Origin: Octopus vulgaris
Lineage: Eukaryota
Length of the DNA stretch: 64,000 nt
Reading direction: 5' to 3'
Assembly: GCA_951406725.2 (NCBI GenBank)
Contig: OX597826.1
Coordinates: 15,872,001 to 15,936,000, forward strand
Shown here piece after piece: positions 50,817 to 64,000 of this stretch. The translations under genes were made by a program, and so were the position numbers. Positions within the stretch are counted from its first letter, which is position 1. Each line of letters begins with the position of its first letter. A model generated the notes under the pieces. It was not told the DNA's origin. It saw only the letters and a list, made by a program, of their open reading frames with translations, and did not search any database.

Positions 50817-50850
50817 TAAGATACATGTATATTAACACATCTACAAGTGC

Positions 50851-50897
<47 letters not shown>

Positions 50898-51947
50898 TAT
50901 ATATATATATATATATATGTATATAAATAAATATAGATATACATATATAAGAATGTACTTTTAGTATTATCATTTATTCACCATTAGAAACATTTCATTT
51001 GCTAATGGGAATTACAAAATATTATTTTGGATGGTTTTTCTATATTAATTAGCAATTAGGGGTCGTATAGATACCTGAGTGAGTGAATAAAAAGCAAACC
51101 TAGTATTACAGAAAGAGGAGAGCGGGTACGGCTGAAAGTAATACACTTTCATGCACAATATAAGTGACCGCATATACTTTATTAGAGAAAGTGTAGTGGT
51201 ATAGGGAATAAAAGATAGGAGAGGGAGATCTGAACACATTTCTGTAGATTATTACGTATGGGCTAGTTTAGTAAGTGGAATGTGTTAATACATCTAGAAT
51301 TTCTCCGCTTCTCTTCCCTTTTTAGTTTGGATATTTTCTTTATGCTTTGGAAGAGGCACACCCATTAGATGTAAGTCCTATTTTTACCACTTTGTTTGTA
51401 TTAAGTTTCATTAAATACGGTAAAAGATAGTTATTTTAATGCGTTTTTACTAATACGAAATTAAATCTAATATATACACACATATCTGTATATATGCGTC
51501 AGATATATTTACACCTATATTTCAACTTAATATAAACAGCTGGATGCATCAACTCAGTGAATGCTAATGCAAAAGGTTGTCAGACGTCAGTCATTTCCGC
51601 TTGAATTTGAATTGTTTGCTAAACTACTTTCAAAAATCAGCAATCCCACTACCACTCTATGAGGAATCTTCGTTAGAAAGATATTCCAATTTGTTACGAT
51701 ACGTCGGGATGTCGTAAAATCAAGGGCTTCACATGTCATATTTGGAATATAATCTCAGGATATTGCACACTGCAGCTTAGTAACGCTGTAGCCGAACGAT
51801 TGAACAAACAGACATATATACATACAAACAAACATGCTGATACTATTAATTATAAGAATAGGTTTATAAACAAAACATTTAACCTGAGAATCTACAGTTA
51901 TCAGTGAAAATGATTTCTTGCTCAAATGTGTATTGTATATCCCCTTT

Positions 51948-52023
<76 letters not shown>

Positions 52024-52081
52024 TACCTTATGCTCACTCTTAATCTGTCATCTCTCTCGCTGGTTGTATATGTACGCTTTA

Positions 52082-52539
<458 letters not shown>

Positions 52540-53494
52540 AATTGAAGTTTAGTTGAATCATGTACTTAAGTTGAAGCACCAAGTCTGTCCGGTATTATCC
52601 GCACAGCTCGAAGTAAGATTAATAAAATCACAATACGCATCAAGATATAAAGAGGTGATGCAGTACGACCGTTTCAAGCGGCTCCATTTACTTGAACAAT
52701 GCAAACATTACTTCAATTTAAATACAAAGCTATCATCAGCTGTACAAATAGATAGAATTTTAATTAGTTGGACACATCAACATAATTTTTCTCAATTACA
52801 TTAACATACCAAGAGGATGGAAGAAATCTATGTTGTCGCTATTATAGCTAAGAATAGACATTTCCAAGAAAGTCATGAAGGTTACTGGGGTCATAACTTG
52901 TAAAGGATTGTGGTGTATTTCTAATTTATTTGTCTTTTTATCAACTTCTAAATCTAACAGTAGAGGACTGTGTGTTTGGAATGACGGGCAAGCGTGAGTT
53001 GACAGCTCATGGCTAGGCATAGTCGTAAATATTGTCTTGATATTAGTAATAAATTGGGTATAAAATAAATGTCTATAAAGGAGGCTGGGCAGGGGATGAC
53101 CCTAAATCATGATGTTAATTACCAGTTAAAGTCGTAAGACGCTAGTAAAAACTATGATGTTAATACAGAGGAAATTTTATCATGGGGTACTATTGGCGAT
53201 TTTTTTTATAAACAATATTTTCATGCTGTGTAAAGATAAAATCTATTATCAAAAATGGTATAAACCAAAATGCGTCAAATGTGTGTATATATCAATTTTC
53301 AACATTAAAAAGAAAATATGCATTCGTGTACTTAATTATTTACTTATTATGTGGTTTCTATAAAGACTGCTCAGGGCATTTACTTATGGAATACTGGAAA
53401 GATAAACATGATATCTATATATTAATTATAAGCGAAGAATCAGAAAAAATAGAGATGCTTACAGATACACACACATATTTATATATGTGCACAC

Positions 53495-53745
53495 ATGCAC
53501 ACATACACAAATCTTTATACGTTTATATGGATATGGTATAACCATCTCGCATAGACTTAAGTAACTAAAAAGTGTCTATTTACGAACAAGCAAGATAGCA
53601 ATTTATAAGGGATATGAAATTTATAAGTTATGCACATATATGCATATATTGCATATATACACAACAAAATTTAAACGTTTATATAGATATGATATAACCA
53701 TCTCGCATAGACCTAAGTAACTGAAAAATTTCTATTTAAGAACAG
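53495..53745. repeat. Imperfect tandem duplication, period about 155 bp
   Basis: ATAACCATCTCGCATAGAC(T/C)TAAGTAACT at 53538 and 53694. Confidence 0.8.
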
Positions 53746-53809
53746 TAACAACTTGCAAGTGATAAGAGGTCAACAGCAAAGTGAGAAAACAAAATAGTAA
53801 CATTTATAT

Positions 53810-54065
53810 ATTTGTTGTGCAAGATTTTTTATGTGAAATCGTGTGTTGAAACATATATTGTTGTATTTCGGAATGGTCATTTTGCCTGTTTAGCCAATAA
53901 AAACACACGCACTATATATTTGGTGTTATTTTGCTTATTTAGCCGAAATAAAATTAAGTTTAATGTAAAAAATAAATAATAACACTGAAGCAAAATAACA
54001 CCAAATATATAGTGCGTGTGTTTTTATTGGCTCAACTGGCAAAATAACAATTCCGAAATACAAAA
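53810..54065. mobile_element. Inverted pair of pseudo-LTR pieces of the 39660-40735 PLE family
   Basis: 53861-53935 is the reverse complement of 53988-54063, and the sequence matches 39660-39860 and 40600-40735. Confidence 0.8.
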
Positions 54066-54659
54066 GTAGTAACATTTTATAGAAAAGGATAAGAAATATA
54101 TATAACCTACATTTAAATAGACAGTGTATTAAAATTTGTGATAGGGAAGAGATAAAGATAAACCGAAAAGAGTAAATAGTAGGTATGAGCGTTGTGATGG
54201 CAGTTAGAGGTATTCAGCCCGAAGAGAGTATATAAGTTGCAATGTTACAGGTGCTAATACATTTATGATTTTATAGTTTCTAGGGGGTATATGATTACGA
54301 AATTTTACACAAACGCCATTACAAAATATACATAATACGATCAGTAGTGCAGAACATCACAGAAAGGACGAATAGTTTAATGACCAAAAACATGATCAGG
54401 TCAGACTAACCTAGGCAGGAGTTTTCATGAGTTAGTAATTACATATAGCACACCACATACCATAATATATAGCTTATAAGACGTGCAATGCAATTTAATT
54501 CACCATATAACTCAATATCCCATGATTTTATTATATATAATACTAGAGGTTAAGTTTACAATGGATACGGCAGGAAATTAATTTTCACCATCAAAGATCA
54601 AGTATGGTAACTATAATCGCTAATTTCGAAAATACTTAACTGTACGCGTGACGCTATGA

Positions 54660-55110
54660 ACGCATAATACCCTTAGATGTAATCTATTATTAATCAGGTT
54701 GTTCTTGTCCCTATACTTAAAAACCTCATAAGTTTCCATAGAGCACAGCTCAAGCTTGTATCAAATATCTTTATAAGATTGCGCTTTCCGCATTATATCC
54801 TATTATAGGCTAAATTCGATCCCGCTTTCCTCAGTTCCCAAATCTTGCTAGATAAGGACGTACAATTGGCTTCATGTTTAAGTATAAAGGATAAAAAATG
54901 GTTATTAATACGGTTTTCCATATTTATCGAACATCCTATATATATAAAGTTACCAGCCTCAGTTATGATTGTACATTTATATTTTATGTTTTGGATTAGA
55001 CATTGGCCTATGAACGGACAGTGGGATTTAACTCCACAGTTGCAACCAGGAGCATTACTACTATTAATATTATTGATATTATTGAATGAGAGAGCAGTGC
55101 ATGTCATCAA
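54660..55110 (-). mobile_element. PLE GIY-YIG endonuclease fragment (CxCx5C type)
   Basis: CNCGVKSHCPFIGQCLIQNIKYKC...YIGCS...RINNH..SF...TSLSSKIWEL, then ELCSMETYE. Confidence 0.8.
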
Positions 55111-55679
55111 GTTCTCCTGCTTGTTTGGCAGGGAGCAGAGCCTTGTTGCCAGACAGAGGGTCTCTCAGCAGCCATCTTCTTAACCCAGAGTAGCACTTGA
55201 TGTAGGTCTCCGTCTTGAGTTTCAGGCTGTGTGGGGAGATGGATGGAGGCATAACGCTGCGTCACTATTAATCTCTCTAAATACCATGATGTTGACTGGT
55301 TATTTGAATTTTATCACTCTCGATATGTGTCCTCAGATTGACACCGAAACACTCTGAAATGTTCGTATTGGGGCTTCCGGTGCGAATGCGGAGCAGTACG
55401 GCATGTCATGTCCAAATTTCTGGAAGAGTGAATTGTGTCGTGTTGCTGTTTTTCTCACAGACGGTGCCTAGCCGATCCTGCTATAATGTGTAGTCGACAA
55501 AATCTAAAACAAATAATCCGTATGCGTGATATTAAAAACACAAAACCGAGACAATTTACCCATCGCATCCTATGTTTGTGTTTGTGTGTGTGTGTGTGTG
55601 TTTCTGTGTGTGTGTGTGTGTGTATTTGTGTGTGTGCTTGTATATGAACATAACAACTAAAAAATCAATGCCCACTCAC

Positions 55680-55844
55680 CTGCAGCATACTCGCCTGAGA
55701 CATCAGGTCTAACATTGCAGTACATCCACGTAAAGCGCCTATCCTTTTCAACAGGGGTAACGGAATACAAAGAATATTTTGAATAGTCATTCCTCGGTTG
55801 TCTGATGGGTGATGTAGAGACTACATTGATCTTTTGGTTATATG
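55680..55844 (-). CDS. Candidate isolated exon of an unidentified host gene
   Basis: Perfect donor CAG|GTGAGT and a 165-nt stop-free frame (YNQKINVV...YSLYSVTPVEKDRRFTWMYCNVRPDVSGEYAA). The acceptor is weak and no partner exons are confirmed. Confidence 0.25.
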
Positions 55845-56612
55845 CTTACTTTTGTAGGATAGTTATTTATTTAGCGCATTCAGTTTTCATGAATAATTAT
55901 GAACAAACTTTGTGTAGCACGGTGTCATTTTTCAATCCTAAATGAACGCTTAACATGTCTAAATAAAAACTACATAAATATACGGATATTACACATATTA
56001 AAGGTCGAATATATATTCCTTATTGTTAAGAATAACGCAAATATTTTGAGATTTTTCTTGATGCCACGAAACGGGTGTGAGAAAGTCACTTGTATAGCCT
56101 ATCCTCTTAAAATTATTTCCGAAACAGGTGTGATCCTTGTTGCATAAAATTATAGATAATATTCATAATCAATAATCCGAATGTGAATACTTGTTTCGTT
56201 CTGGTGAATTAATTTGAGACAATGCGATGCAAGGTGATCGAAATATCATTTATCTGTCTGTTTTCAGGTTTTTGTTTCCTCTTATCACAGTTTTGGTTTT
56301 AGTTCTAACTTCTTTTAAAATATTTATCACCTTTGAGAAACTATGGTTTCATGACTTTGATTTAATTGACTGACGCCATTGAAACATTGCTAATACAGTA
56401 ATGTTTCATGTTTGAGCTGATTCATCTCGGTCGTCTATGAAATTAATTAGAGACATTTTAAAGTTATATTGTTCTAGCTGAACTTTTACACCAGCTCGCA
56501 ACATTTCAAATTAAAGCAGCTTTGTCTAGACTTAACATGAACTATGATTCATGAGGTCTTCGGGATTAATCAGCAACGATAGATTGATGTGTAGGTTACA
56601 TTATTATATATA

Positions 56613-56695
<83 letters not shown>

Positions 56696-57095
56696 GTATA
56701 TATATATATATATATATATAATGATATGAATATTCATTAAAAACCGGTGGTTGTTAAAATCGAATTCAGACGAGAAATTTAGATGATTGATAGAATTCGT
56801 ATTTTCGTTTGAAGAAGCTATTCTTATTGTACCATAATTGTTCCTATCATAATAAGAGCTTAGTGGAATTGGAAATGAAGAACGACGTAATCAGATGAAA
56901 TGAAATGAAAAATTCATCGAAGAACTTTTGTAGGAGACATTTTAAACTGTTATGAGTTTTAATAAGCATAATTTAATTTTTCTTTCATTTATGTTAGAAA
57001 ATAAATATGAACAAAAATCAAACGATATGAAGTTATATATTATATATCTTACTTTCTGGGGGGAAATATGTCCCATGGAATTTGACGGACTGTGA

Positions 57096-57148
<53 letters not shown>

Positions 57149-57244
57149 GTAGTAGTAGTACTACAACCCCCACTACTACTACTACTGCTGCTGCTCGCTA
57201 GCGTTTCTAATAATGATAATAATAACAATAAAAATGATAATAAT

Positions 57245-59912
57245 AATGATCGGTGGAAATTGAATCAAGTCACGAAGAATGTGAAGGAAATTTTGGAACA
57301 CATCAGCACAAAAAATCACAGAAACAAATAATTTCATGAGGCAGCAAGCAATGTTGTAGCAGAAAATGTGAGTGTTGAAGTGAAGAAAAAGGAATATAAT
57401 TCGAGTGACCAAACAAAATATCAATAGTGGAAAAGAAGAATGCATGCGGGTTTGATATGTTCTCGAATGACAGTTCTGTGTTAGATCGAAAAGAGAAGGG
57501 GAGACCTTAAAAGTGAACAAAAATACAGGTTAGTGAACAAATAGTTATGACATTGAAAGTAAGAGTCTGAAAGTATTAATGGAGGAACTGAAACTGCACC
57601 CCGTTGCAAAGAAAGCAGAGATGGTAAGGTACGACCAAAGAATGTAGGGATACCGACTGAATGAGTTATTGAGAGTAGATCAGAAGAGATGCTACAAAGA
57701 AATAAATGGAGAGAGTACAGATGAAAAGTTGATACCAGATAACATTGAAAGTCATATGTTTTGGATTGACATCTGGAGCAAAGACAAGGAACTCAAGAAG
57801 GATGCTGAATGGTTGCAAGAACTGTAGCCAACAGTAGTCTGACCAAAATAAGCAGAACTAGTCATTTCAGTTAGGGAGGTGAAGGAAGAGCCCGAGACCA
57901 GATGGAGTTCAAGTCTACTGGATCCAAAGGTTTGGTGAGTGTCATGCACGAAAAACTGCACAACTCAATACCTTGTTAAATGCCGACCAAGTAATACCTG
58001 AGTGGTTGACATTGGGTAGGACAGTGCTGTGACTGAAAACTTCGAAGAAGGCAAAACTGTAGACAATTACAGGTCGATATCCTGCTTGCCACTTATGTGG
58101 AAATTATTGACTGTAATTAGTCACGGAGTCAATGTACGGACATCTGGAAAAAAGGGAGTCATGCTACAAGAGGAGAAGTGTTGCAAGTGTAAGTGTAGTA
58201 GTACCAAGGATCAAATTCTGATAGACAAAACTGTGCTTAGAGACTGCAAGGGGAAGAAAACTAATTTAGCATAGTCATGGATCGATTATCGTAAGGCATC
58301 CGATATGATCCAACATTCTTGGATTATGGAATGTATGTATCTATGGCATCAAATGTTGAACGATTACTTGGAAAAAGTATGGTGAAGTGGCGGACGGAAA
58401 TGATAGCATATGGAAGGAGATTAAGGAAAATAGAAATCATGAGAGACATCTTGCAAGGAGACTGCCTGGCCCCACTGATGTTTGTATTGAGTATGATATC
58501 ACTGTCACTGATTCCGAGGAAAGCAAAGGCTGGGTATGTATTGAAGAGCTGCCAACAATGAGTCAACCACGTGTTATTCAAGGATGACCATAAACTAAAG
58601 ATTACTCTCAAGTTAGTTCCCTCGTTGATACGGAGTATACTTTCAGTGCTGATATCAGAATGGAGTTCAGACTGAGAAAGGTAAAATCAAATGTATGGAC
58701 GGGCTAACGATAGAAGAGACGGGTTATAATTGATGGAGAAAGAAATGACAGAAAAATTTAAGGTGAAGTCCTTGCGCAGATTGATCCGTAAATCGAAATT
58801 AAACGGATGGAAAAGGAAGCTATCAACAACAGGGCGGTTTCAGTCCTTAGATATGGAGCAGGAGTAATCGCATGGAGAGTAGACGAACTAAACAGTTTAG
58901 CCAGAAAGACAAGGAAGTTCCTGACTAGGCGTGGGATACTCCACGCAAAAAGAGACACAGTGAGACTGGATTGTATATACCAAGAAAAGACTGATTGAAT
59001 GCAAACACCGCATTAGAGCAGAAGAAAACCACACAGCATGGTACGTAAAAAATGCCACAGAACAGCTACTATTGGAACGAAGAAAGTCAGATTTTTGTAG
59101 GATGGAATATTGCAAAGGTAAAACAATGTTCAAGGACTTCAGAATGAAACTGCAAATAGTTGTATAAAGGAAATAATGCATAGGCAATTTCATATTGATT
59201 TTGAAAATAAGACAGAGAAAAATGGCTATGGATGACTAAAAGGGATTTAAAACTGGAAACGGAGGCTCAAAGTAGTGCTGCCCAAGAGCAAGAATTAAGA
59301 ACCAATTACATCAAATACAGAACATACAACAGATCAGAATGTGATAAGTGCAGAAATAGTGGAGAAAATGGTGAAACACTATGTCATATTACCTGTTAGT
59401 GTATGCCACTGGCACAGAATACAAGAGATGTTATGACAATATAGCAAGTTTTTTTTCAATTGGAAACTTTACAACAATTTACAACAATAGAACAAAAAAG
59501 TGGTAAGAACATAAACCCAAAGATGGGATTCTATGATACAGTGCGACTATCAGATATAGAATAGAAAGCCAGACACAGTGTTAATTGAGAAAGAAAGCAA
59601 ATGATGCTGGATCATAGATATAAGGTATGCGATAGAGAAGAAAGAAAAGTCGATAGATATAACAGGTGAGCTTGGGAGGTTAAGCAGTTGTGGTCGCTGA
59701 AAGAAGTGATAGCAGTACCAATAAAGAGTGAGTGAAAATTTTGAGAAGTACATGGAACAAATATGGACTGCAATAACGGTGGGGCACTTGCAGAAACAGC
59801 CCTGCTTGGAACCGATCGAATATACCGGAAAGTGTTCGAAAAATAGAGAGTTATTCCTTAGGTAGTAGAAAGCTGACACCGTAGTACATTTTTAGCGTTA
59901 GAAGCTCTGCAA

Positions 59913-59915
<3 letters not shown>
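57245..59915 (+). mobile_element. R4/Dong-like LINE, long decayed copy
   Basis: PEWLTLGRTV, DNYRSISCLPLMWKLLT, KDQILIDK, WIDYRKA.D, ILQGDCLAPLMF, AINNRAVSVLRYGAG, AAQEQEL, CDKCR..GENGET, KPDTVLI. Ends in (TAA)n and has many stops. Confidence 0.9.
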
Positions 59916-59969
<54 letters not shown>

Positions 59970-59993
59970 GAAGAAGAAGAAGAAGAAGAAGAA

Positions 59994-60029
<36 letters not shown>

Positions 60030-60129
60030 TGATGATGATGATGATGATGACCATGACGATGACCATAACGATGATGATGATGATGAAGACGATGACGATG
60101 ATGATGATGTTGATGATGATGAAGATGAT

Positions 60130-60305
60130 GAATTCTTTCCCAGTTCTTTGTAGCTGCGCTAATTCGGTTTTTGTACGATCTACAAAAGCTGCTGTAAATT
60201 GAAGCAATGATAACGCCCAAGTGTTTACAGCCTTCACTAGATTTGGACCAATCAGCTTTGTCTTCATAAGCTTCCTCACCGTTCTGCTTTACTCCTCAAT
60301 TTTCA
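60130..60305 (-). mobile_element. R4/Dong-like internal fragment
   Basis: RKLMKTKLIGPNLVKAVNTWALSLLQF. Confidence 0.75.
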
Positions 60306-60315
60306 TTATCATTTA

Positions 60316-60409
<94 letters not shown>

Positions 60410-60530
60410 TAGTCTTATTTTCATAACGTGCTTTCACTTCAATACCGATCGCATCTCTGCGTGCCTTGAGTATGTGCCGTGGTTTGTTGTGATGCTCTTA
60501 TCGTTACTGTATTGAAAGTGTTTTGCGTAG

Positions 60531-60535
<5 letters not shown>
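60410..60535 (-). mobile_element. R4/Dong 3' UTR fragment
   Basis: Homologous to 7188-7320 (GTATTGAAAGTGTTTTGCGTAGGATGT). Abuts (TTA)n. Confidence 0.85.
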
Positions 60536-60590
<55 letters not shown>

Positions 60591-60594
60591 TTTC

Positions 60595-60894
60595 ACCGTG
60601 ACCGACCAGGTTATCACATGTTGCTACACATCACTGGTCACAATACGCTTCACATTGTTTTAGCCTTCAAATGACGCCACCCCGCTGGCTAAGCGAGCAG
60701 GTCAACAGAAGAACGAGTGAGAGAAAGTTGTGGCGAAAGAGTACAACAGGGATCGCCACCACCACCCCTGCCTGAGCCTCGTGGAACTTTAGGTGTTTTC
60801 GCTCAATAAACACTCACAATGTCCGGTCTGGGAATCGAAACCGCGATCCTACGACCGCGAGTCCGCTGCCCTATCCACTGGGCCATTGCACCTC
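60595..60894 (-). mobile_element. tRNA-derived SINE family C, alternative tail
   Basis: Reverse complement GGAGGTGCAATGGCCCAGTGGATAGGGCAGCGGACTCGCG...GGTTTCGATTCCC. Confidence 0.85.
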
Positions 60895-60895
60895 C

Positions 60896-60947
<52 letters not shown>

Positions 60948-60950
<3 letters not shown>

Positions 60951-61335
60951 GTTGTCTACTCCTTATGCAGAGTCTGACCACCTCCTGTAACTATACCTTA
61001 AATTCCCCACGGTATCAGATGTGACTTTTTAAACCATCAATATATTGAATAGGCATCCACACAGACTGCGTATCCGATTTGGACAGCCATGAGCTGAAGT
61101 TCAGTTCTTATCTTTGTAGTTTTTAAAATGTCTTTTGAGAATAGATTTGCAGACCCTACGGGATACATAGCATTGAAAGGTATGCACAGACATATAAGCA
61201 GAATAGTTGGTGTAGGTTCGATTCTCATGGGTCGGCAAATGAGATTTGTGCCCAGCAAATGAAAGGCATGGTCTGTTACAAATTTTGCACACAAAAGCAT
61301 CGTTGTGATTCACCTTCTTGATTCTAACATTCTTC
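60948..61335 (-). mobile_element. RTE-type LINE 3' end
   Basis: FVCKICNRPCLSFAGHKSH C-terminal zinc-finger-like motif, then a short 3' UTR ending in (TA)n. Confidence 0.7.
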
Positions 61336-61618
61336 TTTTAATACATTTATTGAATTATAATTATTAAAAGTGAAAATGGAAATTAGAATATATACGCAAC
61401 TTTATATGCCTGTGTGTATAATCACATATACATATGCACAAACCAAATATACGCACATAACGCAAATTTACACATTCACAAACACATAAAAATACACACA
61501 AACACAATCCAAAACGAGTGTTTTTACTTCACTCATATATGTGTGTGCGTTTGTTTGAGTATATGCCTATATACATATAAATGTATATACATATATATAT
61601 ATACATGCATATATATGC

Positions 61619-61679
<61 letters not shown>

Positions 61680-62509
61680 CGTATGTATGTATGTATGCAC
61701 GTATACGTAAACGCAAACATAAATATTTGTGTGTGTGTGTATGTGTGAGTTTGCTATCTGTTTACAAATGCATATTTCAGAGTAAACAACATTTGTTATG
61801 AAACTGATTTCATTATATTTGATTTTCTTTAACTCATTAAATGCAGTAATTATTCTGTCTTATGTTGCTTTCAAATAGAGAGCAAAGTCTATTACATAAT
61901 CAACAGTAGAAATTCAAGAGGTTTTCATTAGCCTATACAATCCTGTAGTTTCTGAACTAAAGTTATCAGAATGGAGGCACCAAGAAATAATTAAGTGAAG
62001 CTAAAATACCTTGAAGTAAATTTCTCAAAAATAAAGGAAATAAATTAACCATAGAAATAACGTGATAAAGGAAAGGAAGATATAGAAAAAATTTACCATT
62101 CGTAAATACAAACGGCATTGCTGTCTTTTGTTTGGACAATAAAGTTCAAATTCAAATGCTGTTTACGTGGCATTTAAAAGACTGCACTTAAAGGAAGTGT
62201 TGAATCCATGCTGCATTGTTGCAGTACATAAGAAAAGTTAATGGACGTTAGAGAATTTTGTACAGCCAGATGATGAGGAAGAACATGTAGATATAGTAAG
62301 CGAAATTGAGAGAAACAGTGAAAGAATAGGAATAAAAGAGACACAGAGAGAGTTATAGAAGGATGGAGAGATGAGTGAGAAATAGTATAGGAAAAGAAAA
62401 ACTATATGAACTTTAGCAATATTCAAGAAGGAATCAAAGGAAAGGAGAGATTGAGCATATATACATCCGTGTGTGTGTGAGGTAATAAGTATATGTGTAT
62501 GTGTGTGTG

Positions 62510-62549
<40 letters not shown>

Positions 62550-62972
62550 ACGTAAATGTATTGATATTTTCCAGATTTTCTTTAGCAGATATCTAATGGC
62601 ATTTGTTTGGTGATTTATTGAAATCTACTTAAACATCTTGGCTGATTTACTGGTGTTAGAAAGTTATTTTTTCTTTAAAAGTTCTTTTGTTTATAAAGTT
62701 TATGCAATTATGTTTACTTTAATCAAAGCTGTTTGCACTGAGTCATATACATTGCAAATCTGATGTCTGTTTTTTCAGTATAAATAAATTTCAGTTTTGC
62801 GTCATGTATATATTTCTACATTCCCGCGTGTATATGCATAGGCATACATTAACTTACACACATGTACTAACACCCTCACAGAGACATCTATTTCCATTCA
62901 CCATATATATTTATAAGCACACAGTTTTCTACCAATATACACATATTACAACACACATATATATGTATGCAT

Positions 62973-63029
<57 letters not shown>

Positions 63030-63199
63030 TATCTATATATATATATTTAGAAAGTGGATTTGTGTGGGGTGGAAATTAATTTGAAGATTGGGTTGTTATG
63101 GAGAGTTGCTTTGGAGAAATATGTATTGATTAAAATTGAGTTTAAGTTATTATTTATAATTTATGTATGTAGAATATTCTAAGAGGCTATCTACGCAGC

Positions 63200-63270
63200 C
63201 GGTTACTGATGAGAATCCGCCTAGCAAATAATCTTAGTTGCTAAAAAAATTTGAAACCTAGGTATAACCG
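63200..63270 (+). ncRNA. Type I hammerhead ribozyme with canonical core
   Basis: CGGTTA|CTGATGA|GAAT...TAGCAA...TTGCTA...ATTT|GAAA|CCTAG|GTA|TAACCG: 6-bp stem I and palindromic ACCTAGGT stem III. Confidence 0.8.
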
Positions 63271-63481
63271 CAAAATATAGTAAGGTAAAAAGGTTTTTAT
63301 TTTTCATTTTCTTCGAAAAGTGCTATTAATTTTGGTTTTGGTCGTTTTGGCTGCTTCTTCTAGCATGTAAAAAATACCTGTTAAAGGGTAATTTTATCTT
63401 GTGTTTATATTGAGAATATGTTGTGTATTGAGTATTTATACACGCTAGGTCACTGATGGTGATATTTCTAAGGAATATTCG

Positions 63482-63513
<32 letters not shown>

Positions 63514-63544
63514 TACGTATATATATATATATCTATATATATAT

Positions 63545-63750
63545 AGGGAGAGTTTACGAAAAAAACAAAATACGAAGACAGGTGGTGTACAAAACAAACA
63601 TATGTATTAGTATAACGCTCAGGAATAGAAAAAGTCTTTTAAGTTTCGAGCCTACGCTCGTCTACAGAAAGGGACACAGAAAAAAACAAGGAGAGAAACA
63701 AGGAGAGACAAAAAATATGAGTAGTGGCTAACGATCTATCATGCTGCCTA
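63545..63750 (-). mobile_element. Pseudo-LTR-like repeat family J
   Basis: Reverse complement CTTT|CTGTAGA|C|GAGC-GTAG-GCTC|GAAA|C|TTA|AAAG at about 63636-63671. Confidence 0.75.
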
Positions 63751-64000
63751 TATATATATCAGTGCAGTTGAGTGAATAAGTCTAGTGTTGGAGCAGAAGA
63801 GTATATGCATTGATTTTCATTGTTTCATGGGCTTAACTTTAAATCCACTGAAGTAACTGGAAGTAAGGCGTGATTATCGCATATTTTTTAACATTTCTAT
63901 ATAAGTAGGGACCACACAAGAAACAATCCGTTAGAGTTCTGAACGTATACTTGGGTGATATGTTTCTAGTTACTACAGGTCTATTAGTAACTCTATATGT

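Overview
AT-rich eukaryotic (animal) genomic DNA packed with (TA)n, (CA)n, (TAA)n and (GATA)n microsatellites and decayed transposable elements. The SINE and LINE repertoire resembles an octopus (coleoid cephalopod) genome, which is my inference and not a database match. I found no intact protein-coding gene. Most ORFs in the supplied track are microsatellite read-throughs, and the rest are broken transposon genes: piggyBac, Tc1 and mariner, Helitron, R4/Dong-type and HERO-type restriction-like-endonuclease (REL) LINEs, RTE tails and many Penelope-like elements (PLEs). The most notable signal is RNA-structural. At least 15 hammerhead-ribozyme-like motifs from several repeat families occur in this 64 kb. 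They include variants with compensatory changes in the core 3-8 pair (A3-U8, U3-A8), a family with U at core position 6, a tRNA-promoter/hammerhead retrozyme-like tandem unit, and a candidate permuted (pseudoknotted) hammerhead at the 3' end of a HERO-like LINE. The window is also rich in long inverted repeats, including an 830-bp fold-back element with internal TTAGGG repeats and an 8-bp target-site duplication (TSD). Coordinates were read by eye and element edges are approximate.
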